DNA of 24,000 nucleotides, from assembly GCF_000754095.2 (NCBI RefSeq), contig NZ_JQSG02000003.1:89397-113396 (forward strand), in the 5' to 3' direction. Shown one piece after another: positions 11,187-19,256 of the stretch. The position numbers were made by a program, and so were the translations under genes. Under the pieces are notes generated by a model. It was given only the letters and a program-made list of their open reading frames with translations. It had not been told where the DNA came from and searched no databases. The stretch's first letter is position 1. Each line of letters opens with the position of its first letter. This DNA is from Acidihalobacter prosperus. Its GTDB lineage: Bacteria; Pseudomonadota; Gammaproteobacteria; DSM-5130; Acidihalobacteraceae.

Positions 11187-11645
11187 TCACTTGGAGGTGA
11201 GCTTGACCATCAACTGCCCGATGATCTTTTCCAGCACCACGGCCGACTGGGTGTACTGGATGCGGCTGCCGTTCTTGAGCGCCTGCTCGGAGGCGCCCGG
11301 GGACAGCGCGATGTACTGCGCGCCCAACAGCCCCGCGGTGTAGATGCTCGCCGAGCTGTCGACCGGAAAATCGTGATATTTGTCGTTGATGGTCATCACC
11401 ACCTTGGCCTCGAAATTCTTGGGGTCGTACTTGATCGCATCGACCCGACCGACCTGCACGCCTGCGGCCGTCACCGGCGCGTTGATCTTCAGGCCACCGA
11501 TGTCGTTGAAGTAGGCGTAGACCTGGTAGCCGTTTCCGCCGCTGAAATCGGTCAGATTGCTCACCTTCATCGCCAGCACGAGCAATGCCGCGCAACCGGC
11601 CGCAATGAACAATCCGACAAGTATTTCGATGGAGCGCGTGGTCAT
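11187..11645 (-). CDS. mlaD: MCE-domain outer membrane lipid asymmetry protein MlaD
   Basis: 152 aa with an N-terminal TM helix (IEILVGLFIAAGCAALLVLAM) followed by an MCE domain (GLKINAPVTAAGVQVGRV). It is in the operon position of MlaD. Confidence 0.88.
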   Translation of the reverse strand: MTTRSIEILVGLFIAAGCAALLVLAMKVSNLTDFSGGNGYQVYAYFNDIGGLKINAPVTAAGVQVGRVDAIKYDPKNFEAKVVMTINDKYHDFPVDSSASIYTAGLLGAQYIALSPGASEQALKNGSRIQYTQSAVVLEKIIGQLMVKLTSK

Positions 11646-11661
11646 CTTGGGACTCCGGGGC

Positions 11662-12444
11662 TTAATGGCCGCTGAACATGAGCGCGGTCAGGATGAAATC
11701 CAGACCCAGCACGGCCAGTGAGGTATTGACGACGGTGCGGGTGGTCGCACGGCTGACGCCGGCCGAGGTGGGGACGGCGTCGTAACCCTCGAACACCGCG
11801 ATCCAGCTGGCGACGACACCGAACACCAGGGTCTTGATCACGCCGTTGAGAATATCATGGGCAAAACTGACGTTGGCCTGCATCTGCGACCAGAAGGCGC
11901 CGTCGTTGACGCCGAGCAGGCTCACGCCGACGAGGTAACCGCCGAACACGCCGATCGCGCTGAACAATGCTGCCAGCAGGGGCATGGCGACAATTCCGGC
12001 GATGAAACGCGGCGCGAGTACACGGCGGAAGGGATCGACCGCCATCATTTCCATTGCCGACAACTGCTCGGTCGCCTTCATCAGGCCGATTTCGGCGGTC
12101 AGCGCCGAGCCGGCCCGGCCGGCGAACAGCAACGCCGTGACCACCGGCCCGAGTTCGCGCACCAGCGACAGCGCGACCACCACGCCGAGCGACTCCGTGG
12201 CGTTGAACTTGACCAGGGTCGTATAACCCTGCAGGCCGAGCACCATGCCGACGAACAGCCCGGACACGGTGATGATCAGGAACGACAGCACGCCGACCGA
12301 ATAGATCTCGCGCACGATCAGGCCTGGACGGGCAAGCGGCGTCGGCAGTGCCGAAAGCAGGCGCAGCAGGAACAGGCCTGAGCGCCCCAGGCGTTCCAGC
12401 ACGCCCAGCGCCCGTCGGCCAAGGCTGGCGATGGCATCCATCAT
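11662..12444 (-). CDS. mlaE: Mla ABC transporter permease MlaE
   Basis: 260-aa polytopic membrane protein. [41 protein letters not shown] is the conserved MlaE core. Confidence 0.92.
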   Translation of the reverse strand: MMDAIASLGRRALGVLERLGRSGLFLLRLLSALPTPLARPGLIVREIYSVGVLSFLIITVSGLFVGMVLGLQGYTTLVKFNATESLGVVVALSLVRELGPVVTALLFAGRAGSALTAEIGLMKATEQLSAMEMMAVDPFRRVLAPRFIAGIVAMPLLAALFSAIGVFGGYLVGVSLLGVNDGAFWSQMQANVSFAHDILNGVIKTLVFGVVASWIAVFEGYDAVPTSAGVSRATTRTVVNTSLAVLGLDFILTALMFSGH

Positions 12445-12445
12445 G

Positions 12446-13279
12446 TCAGCGCCCCCCCAGCAGATCGTCGGCGTAGTCGGGCGCCGGATAGTGGAATGGC
12501 ACCGGCCCGTCCGGCAGCCCCTGCAGGAACTGCGCGGACCATTCCGATTGCGTGTCCCGCAAGGCGGACGGCGTACCGGACTCGACCACCTTGCCGTCGG
12601 CGATGAGGTAGATCAGATCGGCGATGCCCGAGGTTTCCGGCACGTCATGGGACACCACGATGCTGGTCAGGCCGAGCCCGTCGTTGAGGCGCTTGATCAG
12701 GGTGACCACCGTGGCCATGGTGATCGGGTCGAGCCCCGTGAACGGCTCGTCGTACATGATCATCATGGGATCGAGCACGATCGCACGCGCCAGCGCCACC
12801 CGGCGCGCCATGCCTCCTGACAGCTCGCTGGGCATCATGTCCCGCGCACCGCGCAATCCCACAGCCTGCAGCTTCATCAGCACCAGCGGGCGGATGATGT
12901 CCTCGGGCAGACGGGTGTTCTCGCGCAGCGGGAAGGCGACATTCTCGAAGGCATTGAGGTCGGTCAGCAGCGCCCCGCTCTGAAACAGCATCCCCATGCG
13001 CTGGCGCAGACGGTACAACTCGCCGCGACCGAGCCGGTGCACGTCCTGCCCGTCGACCAGCACGCGGCCTCGCGAAGGCTTCAGCTGGCCGCCGATCAGT
13101 TTGAGCAGGGTTGTCTTGCCCGTCCCGCTCGGCCCCATGATGGCCGTCACCCGGCCGCGCGGGACGACGATGTTCAGGCCATCGAAGATGGTCCGGCCGC
13201 CGCGTCGGAAGGCGAGGTCCTGAACCTCGATCAGCGGCTTCTCGTTTTGGTCCAGCATGGCACCCCAGACCGCATCCAT
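12446..13279 (-). CDS. mlaF: Mla ABC transporter ATP-binding protein MlaF
   Basis: Walker [10 protein letters not shown], signature [14 protein letters not shown], and Walker B IMYDEP. Start is ATG 13279, or ATG 13258 seven codons later. The upstream 204 codons of the track ORF are R/G/A junk overlapping another gene's frame. Confidence 0.92.
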   Translation of the reverse strand: MDAVWGAMLDQNEKPLIEVQDLAFRRGGRTIFDGLNIVVPRGRVTAIMGPSGTGKTTLLKLIGGQLKPSRGRVLVDGQDVHRLGRGELYRLRQRMGMLFQSGALLTDLNAFENVAFPLRENTRLPEDIIRPLVLMKLQAVGLRGARDMMPSELSGGMARRVALARAIVLDPMMIMYDEPFTGLDPITMATVVTLIKRLNDGLGLTSIVVSHDVPETSGIADLIYLIADGKVVESGTPSALRDTQSEWSAQFLQGLPDGPVPFHYPAPDYADDLLGGR

Positions 13280-13304
13280 TGCGGAAAGCGTAGCAGTCTC
13301 GAAG

Positions 13305-13318
13305 AGTCCGGCCGGACT
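13305..13318. repeat. Perfect 14-bp palindrome AGTCCGGCCGGACT between the orphan gene and mlaF
   Basis: Read directly from the sequence. On the minus strand a consensus TTGACA (13323-13318) abuts and overlaps it by 1 nt. No convincing -10 follows at 16-18 nt. Confidence 0.5.
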
Positions 13319-13341
13319 GTCAACCTTCCCGACCGACTGAT

Positions 13342-13935
13342 TCACAGACCGAGCAGCTGTGTCAGCTGGCGGCATTCGTCGACGACGGCGGGCGGCCCGT
13401 CGACCAGCAGACAGCGGTCCACCGGTCCAGGCGCGGCGGCGAAGGCCTCCAGCAGGCTCCGCCGTTTGCGTGCGTCGTCTTCCGCCCGGGGCCGGTAAAG
13501 GCCCACCCCGCCCGGGCGGTCGGGGTGTTCCGCGCGCCAGGGCGCGCCGATGCCGGGCAACGGCGGCTCCGCAGCCTGCGCAGGCGCCACGCCCGCCCGC
13601 TTCAGGGCTTCCATCAGGCCGCGCGCGGTGGTCGCATCGACCTGCTCGAACACGAGACCGGCCAGTCGGGAGCCGAGCGTATACAGGTGTTCGACCAGCT
13701 CCGGCACGGCCAGCTGACGGACGCCGCACCCCAGCCAGAAACACAGATGCGCGCCCGTTTCCTCCGCCCATCCGGAAACATCGGCTGGCATCCAGGCGGA
13801 CGACGGCAGGCCGACGCAGGCGTAATCGTTTGCGTAATAGGCCGGTCGCCAGTCGACCGGCAGATCCGAAGGATAGTAGGACGCCACCCATTCCGGGCGA
13901 CCCCAGTCCCAGACACCGATTTCCACACGACTCAC
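13342..13935 (-). CDS. Hypothetical protein, short, with weak DUF72/YecE-like N- and C-terminal motifs
   Basis: GTG 13935 is preceded by AGGAGG with a 7-nt spacer. Third codon positions are strongly G/C, and the amino-acid composition is diverse, unlike the R/P-rich overlapping frames. IGVWDWGRPEWV...YYANDYACVG... and ...CLLVDGPP...L..LL resemble E. coli YecE (IGLPQWSHPKWV...YARHFNCVEG..., ...YLFLHTPD...). At 197 aa it is about 70 aa shorter than typical DUF72 proteins. Confidence 0.6.
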   Translation of the reverse strand: MSRVEIGVWDWGRPEWVASYYPSDLPVDWRPAYYANDYACVGLPSSAWMPADVSGWAEETGAHLCFWLGCGVRQLAVPELVEHLYTLGSRLAGLVFEQVDATTARGLMEALKRAGVAPAQAAEPPLPGIGAPWRAEHPDRPGGVGLYRPRAEDDARKRRSLLEAFAAAPGPVDRCLLVDGPPAVVDECRQLTQLLGL

Positions 13936-13999
13936 ACCCTCACCTCCTGTCCGCTCGCCGGCACGGCGCCATGGTATCGACCGCACCCGGCAGAATCCC

Positions 14000-14029
14000 C
14001 GGACACGCCGACGGCCTAGACGCTAGAAT
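14000..14029 (+). promoter_or_regulatory. Candidate sigma70-type promoter for the LLM gene; possibly gives a leaderless mRNA
   Basis: cGGACA (14000-14005), an 18-nt spacer, then TAGAAT (14024-14029). ATG 14037 lies 7 nt downstream of the -10 and has no SD. The spacer and -10 contain the tandem CTAGA-CG-CTAGA (14016-14027). Confidence 0.25.
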
Positions 14030-14036
14030 GCCGGCC

Positions 14037-15116
14037 ATGCGTTTCGATCTGTTTAACGAGCTATCCGTTCCGTCCGCCGGCGATCGCAGCGAGCGGGCCG
14101 TGTTCGAGGACACGCTCGCGCAGTGGGTGCTGGCCGAATCACTGGGATTTTCGACCGGCTGGCTGGTCGAGCACCACTTCATGCCGGAGTACTCACACAG
14201 TACTGCGCCGGAGCTGTTTCTCGCGGCCGCCTCGCAGCGCACGCAACGTCTGCGCCTGGGGCACGCCATCGTACCGCTGCCCTACCATCATCCGATACGG
14301 GTCGCCGAACGCCTCGCCACGCTCGACGTCCTCTCGGGCGGGCGCGTCGAATTCGGTTTCGGCCGCGGCTTCTCACCGCAGGAATACCAGGCCTTCGGCC
14401 GCGAGATGCGCGACAGTCGCAGCTACGCCGAGGAGTCGCTCGCCGTGATTCGCCAGGCCTTCGCCGACGGGCGGGTGAACTTCCGTGGGCAGCATTTCGA
14501 TTTCGCGGACCTCGCCGTGCTGCCACGGCCGCTGCAGCAACCTCATCCGCCGATCTGGACCGCCGCGGTCAGCCCCGACAGCTTCGAACTCGCTGCCCGA
14601 CAGGGCATCGGCGTGCTGGTCGGCCCCTTCAAGCCCTGGTTCATGGTGCGCGAGGACATCCGCTGCTACCGGGAAGCCTGGCAACGCCAGCACGGCGGCG
14701 CCGCGGACGACCCGCGACTCAACCCGCGCGTCGCCATGACCATCGGTATCCATTGCCACGACGACCAGCGCACCGCCCGCCGCCAGGCGCGCGACGGCCT
14801 GGTCTGGTTCTACCGCCAGCTGCTGGGGCAGACACGCGGGGTGCTGGAGCGTCTGTACGAAGGCTACGAATACTACCGCCGCTTCGGCGCCTTCCACGGT
14901 CTCATGGGCAAGGCGCTCACGCTCGGCACGCTCGAAACCCTGGGCATGACCGTGGTCGGCAACCCGGATCACTGCATCGAGCGGCTGTCGGCGCTCAAGG
15001 CGGCCGGGGTCGACCACGTGATGCTGGCCTTCGGCGCGGGCGTACTGCCGCAGACGCAGACCGTGGACGCGATGCACCTGTTCGCCGAACGGGTGATGCC
15101 GGCGTTCACCGACTGA
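14037..15116 (+). CDS. LLM-class (luciferase-like) flavin-dependent oxidoreductase
   Basis: 359 aa. MRFDLFNEL..., ESLGFSTGWLVEHHF, LRLGHAIVPLPYHHPIRVAERLATLDVLSGGRVEFGFGRG and PHPPIW fit the bacterial luciferase-like monooxygenase fold family. ATG 14028 is an alternative start. The 226-codon upstream extension in the track ORF is junk. Confidence 0.88.
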   Translation: MRFDLFNELSVPSAGDRSERAVFEDTLAQWVLAESLGFSTGWLVEHHFMPEYSHSTAPELFLAAASQRTQRLRLGHAIVPLPYHHPIRVAERLATLDVLSGGRVEFGFGRGFSPQEYQAFGREMRDSRSYAEESLAVIRQAFADGRVNFRGQHFDFADLAVLPRPLQQPHPPIWTAAVSPDSFELAARQGIGVLVGPFKPWFMVREDIRCYREAWQRQHGGAADDPRLNPRVAMTIGIHCHDDQRTARRQARDGLVWFYRQLLGQTRGVLERLYEGYEYYRRFGAFHGLMGKALTLGTLETLGMTVVGNPDHCIERLSALKAAGVDHVMLAFGAGVLPQTQTVDAMHLFAERVMPAFTD

Positions 15117-16066
15117 TGCGGATCGTGGTCACCGGCAGCGCAGGCCGCCTCGGCCGTGTGCTCGTGCCCCGCCTGCTGGCCTCTGGCCTGGCCGACGAGG
15201 TAACCGGCATCGACCGCGCACCCGCAGCCTATGCCGACACCCGCTACCGTCACCATCGACTCGACGTGCGCGACCCTCGATCCGCGGCCCTGCTCGAAGG
15301 CGCGGATGCGCTGGCGCATCTCGCCTTCGTGCTCATGGGCGGCGGTCTCGGCCGTCGTCGGCACGACCGCGAAGTCGTCCGCGGCATCAACGTCGAGGGC
15401 AGTTGCCGCGTGTTCGAAGCCGCCGCACGCGCCGGTGTCCGACAGCTCGTCTTCGTCTCCAGCGCCGCCGTGTATGGCGCGTGGCCGGACAATCCACCCC
15501 GACTGACGGAAACCGCGCCGCTGCGCGCCATGCCCGGTTTCGCCTATGCCGAAGACAAGATCGCGGTCGAGCGCTGGCTGGACGATTTCTCCTCCGCCCA
15601 CCCGGACCTGACCGTGACCCGATTGCGGCCGCATGCCATCGTTGGCGCCCAGGCGCATCCGCTGCTCAACCTCGTGCTGAAGCAACCTCTTTATCCCGCC
15701 GCGCGCCCGGTGCCGCTCACGCAATGCATCTGGGAACAGGACGTCGCCCGCGCCATGATCCTGGCGCTGCGGCAACGGACGCCGGGCATCTTCAATCTTG
15801 CCGCCGACCCGCCGATGAGCCTGCGCGACATGCTCGGACTGGTACGCCGCTGGCGCCTGCCGGTCACGCCCTCATTGCTCGCCGCCACGCACCGCCTGGC
15901 CTGGCGGCTGACCCCGGCAGCGGGCGAGCCCGGCTGGGTGCAGGGTCTGCGCCATCCGCTCGTGCTCGACACCCGACAGGCTCAGCGAACGCTGAGGTTC
16001 ACGCCCCTGCTCGATGTGGCCGAGTGCGTGCGCCGTGCGGCACGAGGCTGGCCGGACGACGCATGA
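15116..16066 (+). CDS. NAD-dependent epimerase/dehydratase (extended SDR)
   Basis: MRIVVTGSAGRLG supplies the GxxGxxG Rossmann motif. SSAAVYG and YAEDK (YxxxK) supply the catalytic residues. Its ATG overlaps the LLM stop (TGATG at 15114-15118). Confidence 0.85.
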   Translation: MRIVVTGSAGRLGRVLVPRLLASGLADEVTGIDRAPAAYADTRYRHHRLDVRDPRSAALLEGADALAHLAFVLMGGGLGRRRHDREVVRGINVEGSCRVFEAAARAGVRQLVFVSSAAVYGAWPDNPPRLTETAPLRAMPGFAYAEDKIAVERWLDDFSSAHPDLTVTRLRPHAIVGAQAHPLLNLVLKQPLYPAARPVPLTQCIWEQDVARAMILALRQRTPGIFNLAADPPMSLRDMLGLVRRWRLPVTPSLLAATHRLAWRLTPAAGEPGWVQGLRHPLVLDTRQAQRTLRFTPLLDVAECVRRAARGWPDDA

Positions 16067-16110
16067 TGCCCGGCGGATGCCCGAACGACGGCTTTTCGGG
16101 ACGCCCCATG

Positions 16111-16116
16111 TATAAT
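16111..16116 (+). promoter_or_regulatory. Candidate -10 box (consensus TATAAT) upstream of yrbG
   Basis: A perfect TATAAT in otherwise GC-rich DNA, 55 nt upstream of the yrbG GTG. No good -35 is present (ACGGCT at 17 nt). It is followed by the hairpin GCCCGC-GCAG-GCGGGC (16128-16143) and the SD AAGGAAA (16154-16160). Confidence 0.35.
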
Positions 16117-16170
16117 TTCCCGTTCACGCCCGCGCAGGCGGGCCCCAGTTCCTAAGGAAACCACCGCAAC

Positions 16171-17130
16171 GTGCTGCTCGCCGTCATCGCCATCATCGCC
16201 GGTTTCGCACTGCTGATCTGGAGCGCGGACCGCTTCGTGCTCGGCGCGGCGGCTCTGGCCCGCAACCTCGGCGTACCGCCGCTGGTGATCGGCCTGACCA
16301 TCGTCGGCATGGGCACCTCGGCACCCGAGCTGCTGGTCTCCGCGCTCGCGGCCTGGGACGGCAATGCCGGTCTCGGCATCGGCAATGCCATCGGCTCGAA
16401 CATCACCAACATCGGCCTGGTGCTCGGCGTCACGGCGCTGATTGCCCCGCTGACCGTGAATTCGAAACTGCTCAAGCGCGAACTGCCGTTGCTGCTCGCG
16501 ATCATGCTCATCGGCTACGCACTGCTGGCCGACGGCCGGCTCGCGCGGCCGGAAGGCGGCGCCCTGCTGCTCGGCCTGGCAGCCTTGCTGTTCTGGATGG
16601 TCTGGTCCGCACGCCGCGCACAGCCCGACGACGCCCTCGCCGAGGAAATCCTCGAAGACCAGCCGCCGCCGATGAGCACGCAGGCCGCACTCGGCTGGTT
16701 CGCCCTCGGGCTGGCCGTACTGCTCGGCGGCGCCAAGCTGCTGGTTTGGGGCGCCGTGGCCGTGGCCCATGCGCTCGGCGTCAGCGATCTCGTGATCGGC
16801 CTGACCGTGGTCGCCATCGGCACCAGCCTGCCGGAACTGGCCACCACGGTGCTCAGCGCGCGACGCGGCGAGCCGGACATCGCCCTGGGCAACGTCGTCG
16901 GCTCCAATCTGTTCAACATCCTCGGCGTGCTCGGACTGCCCGGCCTGATCGCGCCCGGCCCCGTGCCGCACGAAGTGCTCAGCCGCGACTATCCGCTGAT
17001 GCTGTTCCTGACCGCCCTCCTCTTCCTGTTCGCCTTCGGCCGCCAGCCCAGACGCATCAACCGCGCCGAGGGCGGCGTGCTGCTCGGGGTCTTCATCGGC
17101 TACGAATGCTGGCTATACTGGACCGCCTGA
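16171..17130 (+). CDS. yrbG: Ca2+/Na+ antiporter of the CaCA family (YrbG)
   Basis: 319-aa polytopic membrane protein with the two alpha-repeat signatures GMGTSAPEL and AIGTSLPEL. GTG start with an AAGGAAA SD. It occupies the conserved position upstream of kdsD. Confidence 0.9.
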   Translation: MLLAVIAIIAGFALLIWSADRFVLGAAALARNLGVPPLVIGLTIVGMGTSAPELLVSALAAWDGNAGLGIGNAIGSNITNIGLVLGVTALIAPLTVNSKLLKRELPLLLAIMLIGYALLADGRLARPEGGALLLGLAALLFWMVWSARRAQPDDALAEEILEDQPPPMSTQAALGWFALGLAVLLGGAKLLVWGAVAVAHALGVSDLVIGLTVVAIGTSLPELATTVLSARRGEPDIALGNVVGSNLFNILGVLGLPGLIAPGPVPHEVLSRDYPLMLFLTALLFLFAFGRQPRRINRAEGGVLLGVFIGYECWLYWTA

Positions 17131-17135
17131 AACCC

Positions 17136-18110
17136 ATGTCTCTTGACGACCAACAGCTCATCACCCTCGGCCTGGCCGTGATCCGCACCGAAAGCGAGGC
17201 AGTCGCCGCGCTGGCGGAGCGTATCGACGACACCTTCGTGCGCGCCTGCCATCACTTGCATGCCTGCGAAGGACGCATCGTCGTCCTCGGCATGGGCAAG
17301 TCCGGGCACATCGGCGGCAAGATCGCGGCAACCCTGGCCAGCACCGGCACGCCGGCCTTTTTCGTCCACCCCGGCGAGGCCAGTCACGGCGATCTCGGCA
17401 TGATCACGCCACGCGACGTGGTACTCGCGCTGTCGAATTCTGGCGAAACCGATGAAATCCTGACCATCCTCCCGCTTATCCGCCGCCTCGGCGTACCGCT
17501 GATCGCGCTCACCGGACGCCCGGAATCCAGTCTCGCGCGCGAGGCCACGGTACATATCGACATCAGCGTCGCCCGCGAGGCCTGCCCGCTCGGGCTCGCG
17601 CCGACTTCGAGCACCACGGCGACGCTCGCCATGGGCGATGCACTGGCGATCGCACTGCTCGAGGCGCGCGGCTTCACCGCCGAGGACTTCGCCCGCTCGC
17701 ACCCGGGTGGCCGCCTCGGCCGCCGTCTGTTGCTGCACGTGGCCGACGTGATGCGGCGCGGCGACGACGTACCCGCCGTCACGCCCGACACCATACTCAG
17801 CGACGCCCTGCTCGAAATTACCCGCAAAGGACTCGGCATGACCGCGGTGGTATTCGAAAACAAGGTCGTCGGGGTCTACACCGACGGCGACCTGCGCCGC
17901 ACGCTCGACAGCGCGCTCGACATCCATGCCACGCCGATCGAACGCGTGATGACGCGCGACTGCAAGACTGCGCGCCCCGACATGCTGGCAGCCGCGGTGG
18001 TCAAGCTGATGGAGGACCACCGTATCCAGGCGCTGCCGGTCGTCGACGAGCAGTCCCGACTGGTCGGCGCGCTGAACATGCATGACCTGATGCGTGCGGG
18101 CGTGGTGTGA
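17136..18110 (+). CDS. kdsD: Arabinose-5-phosphate isomerase (SIS + tandem CBS)
   Basis: 324 aa from ATG 17136. GMGKSGHIGGKIAATLASTGTPAFFVHPGEASHGDLGMI is nearly identical to the KdsD consensus, and C-terminal CBS pairs are present. The track ORF extension overlaps yrbG. Confidence 0.93.
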   Translation: MSLDDQQLITLGLAVIRTESEAVAALAERIDDTFVRACHHLHACEGRIVVLGMGKSGHIGGKIAATLASTGTPAFFVHPGEASHGDLGMITPRDVVLALSNSGETDEILTILPLIRRLGVPLIALTGRPESSLAREATVHIDISVAREACPLGLAPTSSTTATLAMGDALAIALLEARGFTAEDFARSHPGGRLGRRLLLHVADVMRRGDDVPAVTPDTILSDALLEITRKGLGMTAVVFENKVVGVYTDGDLRRTLDSALDIHATPIERVMTRDCKTARPDMLAAAVVKLMEDHRIQALPVVDEQSRLVGALNMHDLMRAGVV

Positions 18111-18111
18111 C

Positions 18112-18690
18112 ATGAGCCGGGACAAGCACGCGGGCGCCGCCCCGAACGACATCGAACAACAGCCGGCAGGCCCGGTGCTGGCGCGCGCGCGCGCCATACG
18201 CGTGATGATCTTCGACGTCGACGGCGTACTCACCGACGGTCGCCTGTTTCTCGGCGACGACGGCCAGGAATACAAAGCCTTCAATTCGCGCGACGGTCAC
18301 GGCATGCGCATGCTCCAGGCCAGCGGCGTGACCCTCGCACTGCTTACGGGAAGGCGTTCGCAGGTCGTCGCCCGCCGCGCGGCCGATCTCGGCATCGAGC
18401 ACGTGATCCAAGGCCGCCGCGACAAACTGCCGGCCTTCGAGGATCTGCTGACGACGCTCGGGCTACCGCCTGCCGCCGCCGCCTTCGTCGGCGACGACCT
18501 CGTCGACCTGCCGGTGATACGCCGCGCCGGGCTCGGCATCGCCGTCGCCGACGCGGCCGCCGAAGTCCGCACGCACGCGCACTGGGTGACGGCACGCGCC
18601 GGCGGCCAGGGTGCGGCACGCGAAGCCTGCGAACTGGTGATGCGCGCCCAGGGGCAGTACGAACGCCTGGTCGCGACCTATCTCGCATGA
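18112..18690 (+). CDS. kdsC: 3-deoxy-D-manno-octulosonate 8-phosphate phosphatase (HAD)
   Basis: IFDVDGVLTDGRLFLGDDGQEYKAFNSRDGHGMRML, VGDDLVDLPV and GGQGAAREACELV are colinear with E. coli KdsC. ATG 18112 lies 1 nt after the kdsD stop. Confidence 0.9.
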   Translation: MSRDKHAGAAPNDIEQQPAGPVLARARAIRVMIFDVDGVLTDGRLFLGDDGQEYKAFNSRDGHGMRMLQASGVTLALLTGRRSQVVARRAADLGIEHVIQGRRDKLPAFEDLLTTLGLPPAAAAFVGDDLVDLPVIRRAGLGIAVADAAAEVRTHAHWVTARAGGQGAAREACELVMRAQGQYERLVATYLA

Positions 18691-19256
18691 ACGCGCAGCG
18701 CCTGCTCACAGGCGCCGCACTGGCCGTCACCCTGCTACTGGGTCTGTGGCTGGCTCGACACGTGCTGCCGCCGCCGCTCAAGGTTGCCCCCTTGGCCCGC
18801 GGCACCGACTACTCCGCCGACGACATCACCCTGACCCAGATGCGCCGCGATGGGCAGCCACGCTACCGGCTACGGGCGACGCATCTCGCACACACCCTGC
18901 CCGACCGCCTGACCCGGCTGACCGATCCCGTGCTCGTGGTATATCCTGAGCACGGCGCGCCGGTCACGCTGCGCTCACCCAGCGCGGTACTGTTGCCCGG
19001 CGACACCGTCGTGCGCATGCCGGAACGGGTGGTGATCACGCGTCAGGACGCGCAGGGTCGGACGATTCGCGTGATATCCAATGATGTGACGGTCGACACG
19101 CGTCGGCAGATCGCGACCAGCCCGAAACCCACGCGCATCGAAGGCCCCGGCTACGTGACGCGGGGCATCGGCCTGGACGCGAATTTCAAGCAGCAGGTCT
19201 TCGACCTCCTAAAGGACGTGAACAGTGTCTACACCCGCCCCACCGCGCAGCCCTGA
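18687..19256 (+). CDS. lptC: LPS export system protein LptC
   Basis: 189 aa with an N-terminal TM anchor followed by a beta-rich periplasmic domain. Its ATG overlaps the kdsC stop (ATGA). It occupies the conserved position between kdsC and lptA. Confidence 0.8.
   Translation: MNAQRLLTGAALAVTLLLGLWLARHVLPPPLKVAPLARGTDYSADDITLTQMRRDGQPRYRLRATHLAHTLPDRLTRLTDPVLVVYPEHGAPVTLRSPSAVLLPGDTVVRMPERVVITRQDAQGRTIRVISNDVTVDTRRQIATSPKPTRIEGPGYVTRGIGLDANFKQQVFDLLKDVNSVYTRPTAQP

Noticed and set aside
13359-14036. Long N-terminal extensions in the track for the LLM ORF (585 aa), mlaF (481 aa), hisD (552 aa), the SDR (647 aa) and kdsD (454 aa)
   Set aside because: The extensions are Arg/Pro/Gly-rich, overlap better-supported genes in other frames, and exceed family-typical lengths. 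Internal starts give proteins of canonical size.
13342-16066. The idea that the insert is a mobile or horizontally acquired island
   Set aside because: I saw no integrase, transposase, tRNA, inverted or direct terminal repeats, and no obvious compositional break.
15982-16971. 329-aa minus-strand ORF
   Set aside because: It is antisense to yrbG, whose CaCA alpha-repeat signatures are clear. The translation is R/G/D/Q-rich junk.
17100-18284. 394-aa minus-strand ORF
   Set aside because: It is antisense to kdsD/kdsC and has a junk composition.
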